A DNA stretch of 64,000 bases from Zancudomyces culisetae HAW-14-8 (Eukaryota; Fungi; Kickxellomycota): NCBI GenBank assembly GCA_052426225.1, contig JBNJNM010000012.1:1426001-1490000 (forward strand), given 5' to 3'. A program made the position numbers and the translations under genes. This document shows, in pieces, positions 48,709-61,654 of this stretch (its first letter is position 1; every line of letters begins with the position of its first letter). A model generated the notes under the pieces. It worked only from the letters and a program-made list of their open reading frames with translations. It did no database searches and had not been told where the DNA came from.

Positions 48709-49737
48709 GGCCCCTGCTGTTCCTGCTGCTGCTGTTCCTGCTGCTATTGTCAACTCGTCCACTCCCTGTGCCAACTCCTGAATACTTCCCCGTTGGCTCG
48801 GCCTTCTTCCTCTGTTTCCAATTGCTTTTAATTTGACTGTGAGTCGCCCCATAACCGGGTCTGTATTATTAGAGTTTTTCAGATCTTGTGTGACAATTAC
48901 TATTTATACATATTTGCATTGATTATTCTGTATCTACCTGTGTTTTTTTTTTTGGTCACTTTTACTCTTTGTGAAAATAATAAAAACTCTGCCAAGCACC
49001 CAAATTAATAACAACAGATAAATAAGTATTCCAGATGATTTCTTACTTTCACCCCCCGCATCCAAATCTATATGCTGTCTAAATTGTATGTTGATCACTC
49101 CTAAGAACCCTTGCTTTCTCTTCTTGAACTTTTTTTGGTCAAATACCTGAACTACCAATACACTTGATGGCTTTGCTATCCTATTTTGTTAGCGTTATTC
49201 CAGTTATCGTTCTCTAAACTATCCATTGCTACATACTACCCGCGAACCAACAACTCTTACATTTTAAATGTCTCGTTCCAATATGGCTTTAACGTGTCTC
49301 GTTTTGGATTTGATGTTTGTAGTTGCCCTCCATCCACCGTTAATATTACAAATGGATCCGGAAATTCTATGTTGATTATTTTTTTTTAATACTGCTCCCC
49401 AAAACTATTCATATGCTCTTTTTATTTTTAATCCTTATTTCACTTACTTAGCAAATCTCTTTTGTATAATCCATCTGCAGCAATAACTATTTTATTCGCC
49501 ACAAAATTCAAAAAAGTACATGTTTAGTATTTAATATAACTTTAGGTACTTATTTCATGTCAAAGATATATATCCTTTTTTTGATATATTGTATTACCTG
49601 TAACCCAAACTTCCCTATTAATCAATCAAAATATCCTTGATTAGAAACGTATAATCACTATTACTGCATATATATTATTTATCCACTTACGTCCCCTCTG
49701 ATCGACTTGTCTCTGTTCCGGCCTCCATCGTCGTCAT
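46833..49737 (-). CDS. RSP5: NEDD4-family HECT E3 ubiquitin ligase (C2-WW3-HECT), 7 exons
   Basis: Exons approx. 49691-49737, 49598-49614, 49448-49486, 49261-49366, 49047-49180, 48596-48899, 46833-48505 with GT-AG introns; C2 motifs [32 protein letters not shown]; three WW domains; [18 protein letters not shown]. Confidence 0.95.
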
Positions 49738-51839
49738 CTTTCGTTTATGTTATTTATTATATCTCGATTGTTTCCCTCCTCGTCTGTTTGGGTATTATCT
49801 GGTGTGCAAAATATTGAGTATTTTAACCAATTTCTATTTTCAATTCAAATTCTATTAGCTTTGGTTATGGTATCCTTTAGTATTTTTAACTGTCATTCAT
49901 CAGCTCAACATTTCTTTCCATTTAGTCAACAATGTTGATTCAATACTAAGCCTTTAAAGCAAACCAAGAGCAACGTATCCACGATAATTAACAAATAAAA
50001 AATTACGCTGAAAGACTTACACAACACAAAAAAAATACTCTTTTAAATTTCCCTGCCTAAATTAAAGTCGCTAGATACAGCTATTTCCTTTTTCCTTTTT
50101 TCTTTTTTGCTTTTCTTCCTTTTTTCGCACTCAGATTTAATATATACACGTTTGATTATGTCGGTTTACTTTATTACGGCTAGCCCAATACTCTATTTTA
50201 CTTTTACCGAATTTTATCGCTTTTTATTTTTCACTCTACAATCTTTGTCTCTTTAATTTCATTGAAAAACTAAAAGGGACATCAAATGTCGTAGCGCTTG
50301 GAGAAGTTCTTTATTACCTTAGCCTCTGAAGCCGCAAGCTCTAACGAAACCTGTGCAAATCTTCTATTGGTAATTGGCCCGTGTTTTTCGGCAGTACTGG
50401 ATGGTCTCTTTAACTTTTTCAAAATATATATCCCGTGTTTACTATGTATACTATTTTATCTGACTCACTTCAAAGGGAACTTGTCAAATATTTGAAGTAT
50501 ATCGGCTAATTTAGCTGCATTTGCGTTTCTTTTTTAATTAATAATCACAGTTTTCTTGCCAACACTCGCTTTCTATTCGCCAGTTTCAAAACCACCACCC
50601 AGTTACATTCATAACTCTATATTACCAAAAATGCATGGTATTTAGCTTATTGTGCCGAATATTTTGTCGCAGATTTATTCTGCAATGATTTGTGCCCTTT
50701 ATTTCTGGAATCTTACCCCTCATCACCCTCCGCCCCCCAAAAGAATTATGTAAAAGCTATGCAAGCAGGGCAGTTAGCAATCACAGGCCGATTTGGCTAG
50801 CACCATCTTTTATATTTTCTATGCTCTGGTCTTATAAAGAGTCTACGAAGCGCAGGTTTAAAAAATCAATGGAAAACACTAGACCTTCCGCGTACACCCA
50901 ATTTTTTTTTACTACACAGCGCTAAACTCCTCCCCCCTCCTTTTTGCCTTGTTCATTGCTTAGCCAGATACAATAATTAATGATAAAAAAGGGTGGTAAC
51001 CCAAGTTTATTTGTGATAAACATTTTTAAAAGCAAACATCAATGTGTGATGTAGTAAAACTCATAGCTCACACGCTGAAAAGGTTTAAGTTTTACTTGAA
51101 TATTGTCTGCATTATTACTGTACCCATGTTTGTGCATGACTCGAATAAAATCTCCCCTCAAAGGTCTGTCATTTTGGAGAAAAATAACGCTCATTTTTGG
51201 CAAGTCGCAACATTTTGCTCTTTATCCATTAATCTCTTTTTTATTGTGGTTTTTACACCCACCCTTTTTTACACCCACGTGATATTGATTTTCTAAGAGC
51301 ACTAGCTTTTCAACAAGCTTTTATTCTTGAGCTTTGATTTAATCTACCTCGCAAAACCTGTGATTAGTCAGGCCATTGCCACCAGATAGAATTCAATTTT
51401 AATTATTAATCTTTTATTTCCTGTTTAAAACTAAATACACAGGAAAGATAGACATCAATTTTGGGTATCAACAAAAAAAAAACTTAATACTAATTACTCA
51501 ATATCTATAAAAGCTAGTGAATCTACATGCTTGGAGTTAAAAAATGGGAGACAGTCGACTTTCCCTTTTATATAGCTGCTCGTTTTTCCAAATTGTGTTT
51601 GCTCTTCTTTTTTCTCCCTGTACCTCTCTTCCACACTCCATAGCTGTATTTTTTTAATACGTATACATACAAAATAATCATTTTGATTTCTGATTGGTAG
51701 TTAAAACTGTAGCATACACGTGCTTATTGAAAGCACAATTCACATCCAATCACGTGGTCAAATTTTAATCTACTTTACAACCAAAACCCCATACAAAGCT
51801 GCGACTTTGACCCAAGCAAAGGGTAGCTCCTCCCACCTA

Positions 51840-53018
51840 CTATACACCAGAAATCTGCCCAATTTCATACTCTAGTAACTCCACTTTTTTTTTTCGCAGT
51901 CTGCATTTTACCAACAAATTGTTTAGGTTTTTTTTGAACTTGGCTCTGGTGAACGACACTTTGATTATTGGATCAGTATAAAAAAGAACCGTAATAAACA
52001 CACCCTCTATACCTCTAACAGTAAAGAAAGCTCCTGCTAAACCAACCATTTCCCTTTGCGTAACATAAGTGGCCGTATAATACGATATTGCAAGTATTGA
52101 TGTTAAAAGCGGAATCAGTGGGAAGGAAAACCCTCTCCACAAGAGTTTTCTTATCATGTTACTGTTGTATTTACTTACTGACTGTCTCATGTAATCTCTT
52201 TTTGAGCTAAAAATTGATTGATTATAGTTATTTATTTCAAGACTTTGTGTGGTATTTCGTAATGGGATTAGTTTTAGTTTGCTCTTATCATGTAGGTTTC
52301 TATTGTTTATTTCAGGGAAATTTGGATTTTCCGATACTGTTGCTATTGGGTTAGATATCAAAATCTTGCTAGTCACTTTGTTCTTGCTAATAGTCAATAT
52401 TGTTACCGTCATTGATACAATTGAAATTATTGCACCTATCAACACCCAAAAGAGGTATCCGAGCCAAAGACTAACATACCCCAGAGTGTACTTTGGATAA
52501 ATAAATAGGCATCTGTTATTTACATCGAAGTTCTCTTTAACGTAATTTTCATCCAGGTCCTTCATTGCACTATCGCTTTCGCTTTGATAAAAGTGTGAAA
52601 TAAGAGAAAATAGTGGTATCAATATAGATATTGTTAGTGCTATAACATAGTATACCACTTCAAGTTTGTTTGCATCCTTGAATTTATATTTAAAGACAAC
52701 CAACAAATGAATTGTTACCAGTACCGACATGTATAAGGCAAATATATCGCATACTATCAACAAATACCTCAACGTAAAACATCTGGCATCTGTTATATTT
52801 GCCAGTATTATTATAATACAGACTACATTTGCCAAAATACTGGAAATCGCTATTGATAACCCAAGCCTAATAATCACCCTACTCACTGCCTTCCGATCCG
52901 TTATATACAGAAATACATATCCAACTATATACGTAGAGGTTATAAGCATAAAAATTGGAAGTGCTATAAGTAAATATAGCTTAACTGCAAAAAATTGTGT
53001 CGACCTCTCTAATAACAT
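51840..53018 (-). CDS. Seven-transmembrane GPCR-like protein (cAMP-receptor/Git3-like topology)
   Basis: First ATG at 53018; seven hydrophobic segments, Cys before TM3 and in ECL2, long third cytoplasmic loop, FP in TM6, G..TDP in TM7. Confidence 0.7.
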   Translation of the reverse strand: MLLERSTQFFAVKLYLLIALPIFMLITSTYIVGYVFLYITDRKAVSRVIIRLGLSIAISSILANVVCIIIILANITDARCFTLRYLLIVCDIFALYMSVLVTIHLLVVFKYKFKDANKLEVVYYVIALTISILIPLFSLISHFYQSESDSAMKDLDENYVKENFDVNNRCLFIYPKYTLGYVSLWLGYLFWVLIGAIISIVSMTVTILTISKNKVTSKILISNPIATVSENPNFPEINNRNLHDKSKLKLIPLRNTTQSLEINNYNQSIFSSKRDYMRQSVSKYNSNMIRKLLWRGFSFPLIPLLTSILAISYYTATYVTQREMVGLAGAFFTVRGIEGVFITVLFYTDPIIKVSFTRAKFKKNLNNLLVKCRLRKKKVELLEYEIGQISGV

Positions 53019-55130
53019 TTTGTATTTTCTGTGTTTTGATAAACGTATTTCAGGCAAACTAAGTATATTTGTTATCAAGTAGGCTTTAAAAAATAATCGG
53101 TATCTATGTCTTTTTATCAATTTGATTAGTTTAGGTATTAATGCTTAGTCATACCACAGACTAAGTAAATAAAGCACATAGCTGTTATGATACTAATTTT
53201 GTTTGCATCAAGGTTTATAAAGATATATTCATCATATTCATAATGTTTATAAATTCCCAAATTAGAAATTGTAGCAAAAACTAAACAGCTATATGCGAAC
53301 ATCAATGCTTAAATCTTCTAGAATGATATTTGTGCAAAAAACGGACCTTATTTGTTTTTTGCTTTAACTCATTCACTAACATGATTGGATAAAACAAATT
53401 TAAATATATTCCAGCTATATTATAAAAGCACAAACACAAGCTATGGTTTGTAAATTTCGTATAGAGAGGGAGAAAAACTAGATGCACGCCCCCCTCAAAG
53501 GAGTATATTTGAGTTGGATATATTTGATTTTTTCTTATTTTATCGGTAGGTTATTACTAACCTCATCAAGCGAAAAATTTTAATAAAATAAGCATGGCAT
53601 ATATTTACGCCTAATTTTTGAAAAATAAAGAATCCAGAAAGTCATAAAGTACAAAACCCATAAATCAAAGGGCTTGATGAAGTTCTCAGTACACACAAAC
53701 CATCTTTCCATTAAGTGGCAATATACTTTTGTATTTCTAGACTCCGTTGCTTATTTCCTTGAAGCGTACTTTAATGCAGTTGAAATTTACGTACATTTAT
53801 AAATGATGAAAAGGACATGTGTTATTGGAAAGCTGTTCCACAGTATCGAAGAAACTAAAATTGTAAAATTCGTTCTATTCTGGAAAAACCAACATTATTC
53901 TTATACTACCGATCGAGTTATTACATTTCAAGGCAAAACTAAAGTAATAAAACCATTTAAGTTTTAATTGGACTATATAATTGGAATAAAAAATTGTATC
54001 CCAAGACAACTACTGCAGTTTTGTATACAACTTTCACTAAATATACTCATTATGTATCAGAAAGTTGTATAATGAGAGAATAGAGAACTATTCTCAATAA
54101 GTATTTTTGTTTATAAAGGCTAAATTAAAATTCATTTGACAACATTAAGAATAGACAAATATCATCAATTCTTTAAGAATATTTCTTTATAATTCCAGTA
54201 ATATACCTTAGAATGCTAGGTAACCTAGTCTAACCCGACAAGGATTAGTTTTGAAAGTTATATACAATAAAGTTTAAACTCGGAAAAGTGACCCTTAATA
54301 AAATATTTATAGTCAAAGGTCTATAGCTTTTAATGTAATAGACAACCACGATTATTTAATTTTAACTATATATTTACACATTGAGATAAAACTTGGCGAC
54401 GCAAGCTAACTCAAGGTTCTAGTTGAGAATATTAGATATGGTTATTCCTACTATACTTCAATTTGATAGTTTGTACATGAATATAAATTCTGTAAAATGA
54501 TGTGGTAAATAAACTCTGGTTGAAATGAGCCCAACGATCATATTTCTTAAAAAACCGATACTGAGAATTCTTTTATAAATTAGAAAATTTAGAAAAATAG
54601 TCCGGGTAGGTGTTATTACGGCAAATGTTGATTTTCCTTCTTTTCAAGTATCATGCAAACAACCACATTCAAATTTGAGAATATATCTAGGATTGAAACG
54701 TATTTGATGGAATAAATTTCACTAATAGATTCTATTTAGTTGATATAAAACCTTTTTGGCATATGTTTAAATTTTAATATGATTAATCAAAAGTTATATA
54801 TTTTCTGGAAAATTATGAAAAAATAATTGGTCGAGCAGAATTAGATTTAACCAAAAGCATTAGTATCTTAGTCTAACTTTTGCTATTTGTTGAGTTTGTG
54901 TTGTTACAAAACTGATAAAAATTACTGGCTTAGGGAATTAAAAAGGCTGAAATAATGATATAAGATTGACGCCACTTAAACTAAATCAAACGAGAAATCG
55001 CCACTTTCAATAAAAAATTACATACCAGCTCAGGAAAGAAGGCAGCTCTGTTTGCATTTCCCCCAAACCAACCCACCACAACGAAAATGATATCGAGTTA
55101 AATCAAAAAAACGATCAGGCCTTTACAAAA

Positions 55131-56333
55131 GATGGGGGGTATTCCTGGGCAATACTGGCTTCAGGTTTCTTGATATATTTTGTAACATTTGGGGGTTTTA
55201 ATACACTTGGGGGTTTTCAAGCGTATTATCTAAAGGTAATGTTCGTGCACGATGATGCAAGTAAGATTGCATGGATAGGAACTACAACATCAACATGCTC
55301 CCTTTTCTTTGGGATAATAGCAGGTCCAATAATGCGATATATTGGAATCAAGAGGACTGTCTTGGTAGGTATGATATTGAGTGTATTAGGATATATGTTG
55401 GCTTCGTTTTCTACGGAAATATGGCAATTGACGTTGACAATGGAAGCTATTACAGGCATTGGTGCTCCATTAGAAGGAAATTGTGCTATAACAGCAGTAT
55501 CTCTATGGTTCAACAAGAAAAGGTCACTTGCAATGAATTTAATGTTTATGGGAGGAAGTATAGGTGGAGTTATTATGGTTCCTATAGCATCAGCATCTAT
55601 TAGAAACATCGGATTTTCATGGACAGCACAAATTTTAGGATTTATAAATATTTTTGGTGGAGGAATTGCGTATTTGCTTATGAAAGGGCCACCAGGGTTT
55701 AAACCTACAAAAAAGATTGTTGATATAAAGATGATCAGTGATAAATATCTATTATTAAACTTGGGGATTGCAATCTGTACGCAGGCAGGGTTCACAACAA
55801 TTAATATGTATTTTCCCTCAATTTTGCTTGACTTGGGTGTGTCTCCATCAATAGCTTACAATATGGCGATGATTATCTGTGGTTTTTTAACAATTTGCAG
55901 AATAATTTACGGGCTGATCACAGATAGGGTTGGACCAGTTAACATAATGATATTTACTAGTCTAGCAATCACTATAGCCACTATGACCCTATGGTATCTA
56001 AGCTCTTCTGTAGTAACCGGTGTCATTTATGCGGCGTTTGCAGGGTGTTTTTCTACTGCTCCTTTTGGTCTTATTCCAATATTGCTTGCTAATAACTACA
56101 AACCAGATAAACTACCACAAGTAAACGGCCTTGTATATATATCATATGGGATTGCAAATCTTTGCGTTGGGCCTCTGCTTGGTCTTGTATTTGATAAAAT
56201 TGGACACAAACGCAGCTATTCTGCACTGATAATAATTGCGGGCTGTGCTTATGCGCTATGCACTATAATCACCGTGACACTGCGAATATATTCTAGGAGG
56301 AATATCCCAAAGTACAAGTCTGGTCCGATTTAG
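55131..56333 (+). CDS. MFS transporter, monocarboxylate (Mch/MCT) family; true start not located
   Basis: In-frame DGGYSWAILA motif at 55131 upstream of the tracked ORF; WFNKKRSLA, GLITDRVG motif A; about 12 TM segments. Confidence 0.88.
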   Translation, partial: DGGYSWAILASGFLIYFVTFGGFNTLGGFQAYYLKVMFVHDDASKIAWIGTTTSTCSLFFGIIAGPIMRYIGIKRTVLVGMILSVLGYMLASFSTEIWQLTLTMEAITGIGAPLEGNCAITAVSLWFNKKRSLAMNLMFMGGSIGGVIMVPIASASIRNIGFSWTAQILGFINIFGGGIAYLLMKGPPGFKPTKKIVDIKMISDKYLLLNLGIAICTQAGFTTINMYFPSILLDLGVSPSIAYNMAMIICGFLTICRIIYGLITDRVGPVNIMIFTSLAITIATMTLWYLSSSVVTGVIYAAFAGCFSTAPFGLIPILLANNYKPDKLPQVNGLVYISYGIANLCVGPLLGLVFDKIGHKRSYSALIIIAGCAYALCTIITVTLRIYSRRNIPKYKSGPI

Positions 56334-57456
56334 GCTATTCAAATGTTTCTCGACATTCAATTTTATAAATCCGGTTCAAAGTATGCAGACAGAGTGGGTT
56401 TTGAAGTGATGACTTGGTTAAACTGTTAAGAAGAAACAGGGAGGGCGTAAAGCATGGCGATTTCCAAAAACAAGGTAATCAGCAACCAGAGTTTAGCGTA
56501 TACACATATTATAGCTACTTAATAATGCTAGTTATTCACGTTTGAATATAAGTTTTGTAATCGTTTTTGAATCAACAGTTACTAGAATCTTACGATTGGA
56601 GGGGTGCTAAAATAGTATATTTAAGTAAAGCATAAATGCTGTATCATTCAGGCTATACTATGGCCAACTGATTTCAGAATTTACATTGAAAAGTAATGAA
56701 TTGAATATTAATAATATACATAGTGTTTCGGGCGTAGCAATTAAATAATTAATGCTTAAAGAAGTGTTATTGGATTCAAGCACCATCTAGGCAGATATTC
56801 TTAATTCTAGACGGTGTTGACGAGCTTGCTATTAAACCCGACACATATCAATTTATACTAAAACTAACGGAAGCGGAGAATATTGCATGTAGTAGCCACC
56901 TAAAATTGGTAGATGGTGTTAATAGTTTTAATTGTAGCCCAATCCAAAAATATTTTATTTACTCCACTATTTCACAATACAGATTAAGCTCTAGATCGAA
57001 CTTACTTTTTCAACCCTATCACAAATCTAGAATAAAATTTAATTATACACAAATTTCTGGCGGATAGTAGATTGGTAATAAGAAATAGAAATTCGGTAAT
57101 TAATAATCTAGGCAAAATACAACGACCTTGCGATTTTGGGACAGTTTGGAGCTGATATGGTTCTGTAATAAAGAGGATAGGTCATTAATATTTATTATTC
57201 AGCTTCCAGATCAAAAACTAGACGGTAGTCAATTAGTCGGTAATACTATCTTCTCCAGAAATTTAACTATGTTCTAAAAAAAGTCTAAATATTTTAAGTG
57301 GAGTGTTTAGAGCTACTAACAGGGTAGACTTGTATAACAAAGAAACAACTAGAAAAAGTATAAATACAGGCCCACAAACTTTCATTTATTCTCAATATAG
57401 AAGAATAAAAAAATCCTTGGATCTCAAAGAACTCAGCACACCAAATAATTTAAAAG

Positions 57457-58470
57457 ATGGTTAAACAATCACTAGTACTTTCAGCCTTTGGGCTTGCATC
57501 GATTCTTGCCTACTCACCGGAATATAATGGAAATTACGATTCAAACTATGCCAAGGAGGTTGTGTACGAAAATTTCGAATACCAACCGAAAAATATGTAC
57601 TATGACATGAACGCAAGAAGAGTTCGCAGAGCACGCGGAGCACCAGCTCCAGCTCCTGAACCTGCGCCAGCTCCTGAACCAGCTCCTGAACCAGCACCAG
57701 GGCCAGCACCAGGGCCATTATCGGCACAAGGGCTACCAAACGAGATGTACTATAACATGAACGCAAGAAGAGCTCGCAGAGCACGTGGAGCACCAGCACC
57801 AGCACCAGCACCAGAACCTGCGCCAGCTCCTGAGCCAGCACCAGAGCCAGCTCCTGAACCAGCTCCAGGGCCATTATCGGCACAAGGGCTGCCAAACGAG
57901 ATGTACTATAACATGAACGCAAGAATAGTTCGCAGAGCACCAGCACCTAAACGAGCACCTAAACCAGCACCTAAACCAGCAGCTAAACCAGCAGCTAAAC
58001 GAGCAGCTAAACCAGCAGCTAGACCAGCACCAGCACCAGCACCAGCATCAGCATCAGCACCAGCACCAGAACCAGCATCAGCATCAGCACCAGCACCAGC
58101 ACCAGCACCAAGTCCAGCATACGAACCAGCACCAGGTCCAGCACCAGGTCAAGCACCAGGTCCTGTATACGAACCAGCACCAGGCCAAGCACCAGGTCCC
58201 GTATACGAACCAGCACCAGGCCAAGCACCAGGTCCCGTATACGAACCAGCACCAGGCCAAGCACCAGGTCCTGTATACGAACCAGCACCAGGTCCAGCAC
58301 CAGCACCGGGTCCAGCACCAGGTCCACTATCAGCACAAGGGTTTCTAAACCAGATGTACTATAATTTGAATGGAAGGAAAGCTCGCAGAGCACGCGGAGC
58401 ACCAGCACCAGCACCAGCACCTGAACCAGCACCTGAACCAGCACCCGAGCCAGCACCAGGACAAGTATAG
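57457..58470 (+). CDS. Secreted Pro/Ala-rich repeat preproprotein (337 aa)
   Basis: Signal peptide (LVLSAFGLASILA); APEP/APGP/PVYEPAPGQA repeats separated by four MYYx(M/L)N(A/G)RxxRRA motifs. Confidence 0.88.
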   Translation: MVKQSLVLSAFGLASILAYSPEYNGNYDSNYAKEVVYENFEYQPKNMYYDMNARRVRRARGAPAPAPEPAPAPEPAPEPAPGPAPGPLSAQGLPNEMYYNMNARRARRARGAPAPAPAPEPAPAPEPAPEPAPEPAPGPLSAQGLPNEMYYNMNARIVRRAPAPKRAPKPAPKPAAKPAAKRAAKPAARPAPAPAPASASAPAPEPASASAPAPAPAPSPAYEPAPGPAPGQAPGPVYEPAPGQAPGPVYEPAPGQAPGPVYEPAPGQAPGPVYEPAPGPAPAPGPAPGPLSAQGFLNQMYYNLNGRKARRARGAPAPAPAPEPAPEPAPEPAPGQV

Positions 58471-61186
58471 TATATTGTGTGTTTTACAAAGTTATATGCT
58501 TTTCAATCAGTTTTTCTTCTAAAAGATAAATGGTTTTATTTTTAACCGTAGATCTACTATAAATAGTAGTATAATTTAATTACTTTTATAAATTAAAGAT
58601 AGTATAGCAATTTAAATGTTTAATTTAGTTAGAAACAAGATATTCAACTATAACAAATAAATATAATTTTAAAACTATTTATTAAACAAAGTTACTGAAT
58701 TAATATAGTAATTTTCGAAATGAAATATTTGGGAAAAAATTGAAAATCAAAGCAACATGATACATTAATCAATTAAAAGTTAATTGGCATTAAAACCACT
58801 AGGTTTATCTAAACTGTAAATAGCTCAAACTACTTGATTTTTACCTTAATACTTCTGAAAAATGTGAATAAAATAAATTAAACATCATTATTCTGTCATA
58901 GTGATAATTTGAAAATAATGGTATAAAAATGAGCGGTGCACCAGAATTGCTGCCGAAAATCTTAAATTCTTTCATTTTACTTTAAATCAATTTTGGAATT
59001 AACCCATTTCTAGTTCATAAAAAATTTGTAAAATAACATACATTCATGTGCAATGGGTTATAAGACCTAATAACACAATTAATTGGTAAACTATAATTAT
59101 TCTGTGTAATTTACAAAAATTCAAATATTGATACTCATATAAACTATTAGTTTAATAACCAAAAATATGGTTAAATTTCCGGTCGCAAATCACGAAAAAT
59201 TTTAACTCAAAATTAGATATAAATTATAAATATAAAAACAAAAATTAAAGAGTTTATCAATAAAAGTATAGTTCAAATATCGTAAAAGTATAAAAAGAGT
59301 ATAATAAATGTGACCAGATAAGAAAAAGCCAACTATAAGAATTATAATAAATACTAGCGATATATCAAATATGCATATAGCGCAAATAAATTAAAATGTT
59401 TATATAATTGCGCAATTGGTTTTCCCTTTAACTGAATTATGTTTTGACTTGTTAGATAATCACCAAAGGTATTGTTCCTTTGCTTTTTTATAGTATTGTA
59501 GACTTTTGTGTTTTGGAAGTATTCATTTAATTATTGGAAAAATTTAACCTGAGGTTTTTTAAACTTTTAAAAATAAGCTAATGTATTGATTACTGTTTTA
59601 ACAATTAGAAATTTGGCAAGTCCATTAACAATTCTCCTTTTGAATAAGATAAGAGTGTTTCAAGTCCTGTGTACATTTACAGTTTTTGTATTTCTCTTTT
59701 GTTTTAAAGCTAAATTGACTTTTAGAATAAACGAGATTTTTGTAAATATTATCTACTTATTCCTCCCCCCTTTCATAAATTAGAGGTTCGAAGTTTATAA
59801 TATAGTAATCAAAATTGGGTAACGTATACATCACATAAATATATAAAAAAAGATACAATGTAGAATTTGACACCGAAAATTGTCGTTCAATTTTGTTGAA
59901 CTTTTTAGACATTTCGAGCGAGATAGTAAATCACTTGAATTTACATTTCCACATATAATTTTAAGATATCTCATTAAGAGTCTCGGTAGCTCTTTTAGTA
60001 GAACTGAAATGTACTAATAGACAGAAAAAAAAATAAGACAATACAAAAAGGTGTATGTTAGAAATAATGTATATGTATGTGTTTAAGAATAGTGATAAAA
60101 CTAGTTTGAAAGTTTAAAAACAATAGTCAGAAAAACTAGAATAGCAATGTCAAAGTTTGTGAACCAACTCCGCTCAGCTAACATCCAAAGATTTAATGAT
60201 TAAAGTCATTATTCTTTCGACGGTGACAATTCAGATGTATCTTCAACTGGCAATTAATAATAGTCTTAACGTGACCTAAAGGTTATACTAGGAGATATAA
60301 CTCAAAGTAGTTTCTAACCATGAGAAATCCGAAAAAGGATCATGATGTTCCCAGCCACATCTGAAAATACGTATTAACTTTATATATATAAACTATATTA
60401 GTTCTATATACTTCTATAAATTAATTGATTTGAATAAAATGATTTGAATTAAGGGTAAATATTATCGTGTATACCTGACACAAAAATAAATATTTAATCT
60501 CGATTATTAACAAAAAATATTCAGCAAGTATGAATAATTATATATCATTCTATTTTGTAAAACAAAACTAAAAAATGATAAATAATAAATAATTAAGCAA
60601 AAAATCAAGATCTTGTCTAAAAAGACTACAAATAAATCATCATTTATATTATTTATGAAGTTATAATGTATTGTATTTTTTAAAACAATTAGACTAAACT
60701 AGTATTCCATAGAACATTTATGAGTTTTTAAAGAGAATCAAAAATAAATAAATAATCTATATTTAAACTGATTATTCAAGTTATAATAATAAAATTATAG
60801 GGTTTGTGGTAAAGCAAGATAATATATAAAATAATAAATAAAAACTTAGGCGTTAAAATGATATCGTAACATGACGGTTTCAAGTGAATAATAATAGCAA
60901 TGGGCGAGTCGTTTATAATTGAGTTCAGAAAATCATAATTTGGTTGCTCGAGATCGACTTACAAATAAGTCGCAAATCATCAAGTGATTCATTTGTTGAA
61001 TCACCATATTTTTTTTTTACTAATGAATAAACCGGAATGCATGGGGAAACACCTAATATCATCCGAATAAACAAAAAGAAATAGTATAGAGTTTAATTAG
61101 TATAAAAAGTTAAATCAAAATTAGTACACATTATGATTAAAATTAACTAAAATCCTAAATATGATGATAAACTTAAAAAAGATAAT

Positions 61187-61514
61187 TGTTGTAGAATCTA
61201 TAAAACTCTAATGTTTGTTTATTAATATCTTTTTATAAGTATGGTTTGTATATTTGCTTATTTGTTTAATACTATTATAACTTATTATTATATTATGTGA
61301 TTAAAAGATTACTTTATTCATTTTTGTTGAGGGCATTCTCCTATACCCTGAAATATCTTCGATAATAAAACTAAATGTTATCCTACTTAATGACTAAAAA
61401 TATAGATTGACAAAAACCACGAGGGGAAAAAGGTACAATCTCAGTTAACTATACTAATGCAATAAAACTCAATAATTTAAACTAAAAATAACTATCACGT
61501 ATTCTCATACAACA
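61187..61514 (-). mobile_element. Solo LTR-like unit downstream of tRNA-Leu (328 bp)
   Basis: TGTTGTAGAAT...ATTCTCATACAACA; TAAT on both flanks (61183-61186, 61515-61518); ENE-like core caaaaaccacgaggggaaaaaggt identical to that in unit L. Confidence 0.85.
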
Positions 61515-61570
61515 TAATGACAAAACCATAAAAAATAAATGCTTCTGTATGTATAAAAATATTAACAAAA

Positions 61571-61652
61571 TGGTATCAGTGAGATTCGAACTCACGCCTC
61601 TTTCGAGACCGCAACTTGAGTGCGGCGCCTTAGACCGCTCGGCCATGATACC
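61571..61652 (-). tRNA. tRNA-Leu(CAA), intronless
   Basis: GGTATCATGGCCGAGCGGTCTAAGGCGCCGCA-CTCAAGT-TGCGG, long variable arm, GTTCGAATC, TGATACC-A; TTTT immediately 3'. Confidence 0.95.
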
Positions 61653-61654
61653 AA

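Noticed and set aside
57461-58456. Val/Leu-rich minus-strand ORFs
   Set aside because: Antisense of CCA-GCA repeats.
60052-60358. Possible additional solo LTR (TGT...GCCACA)
   Set aside because: No matching TSD, no convincing ENE-like motif and no similarity to other units.
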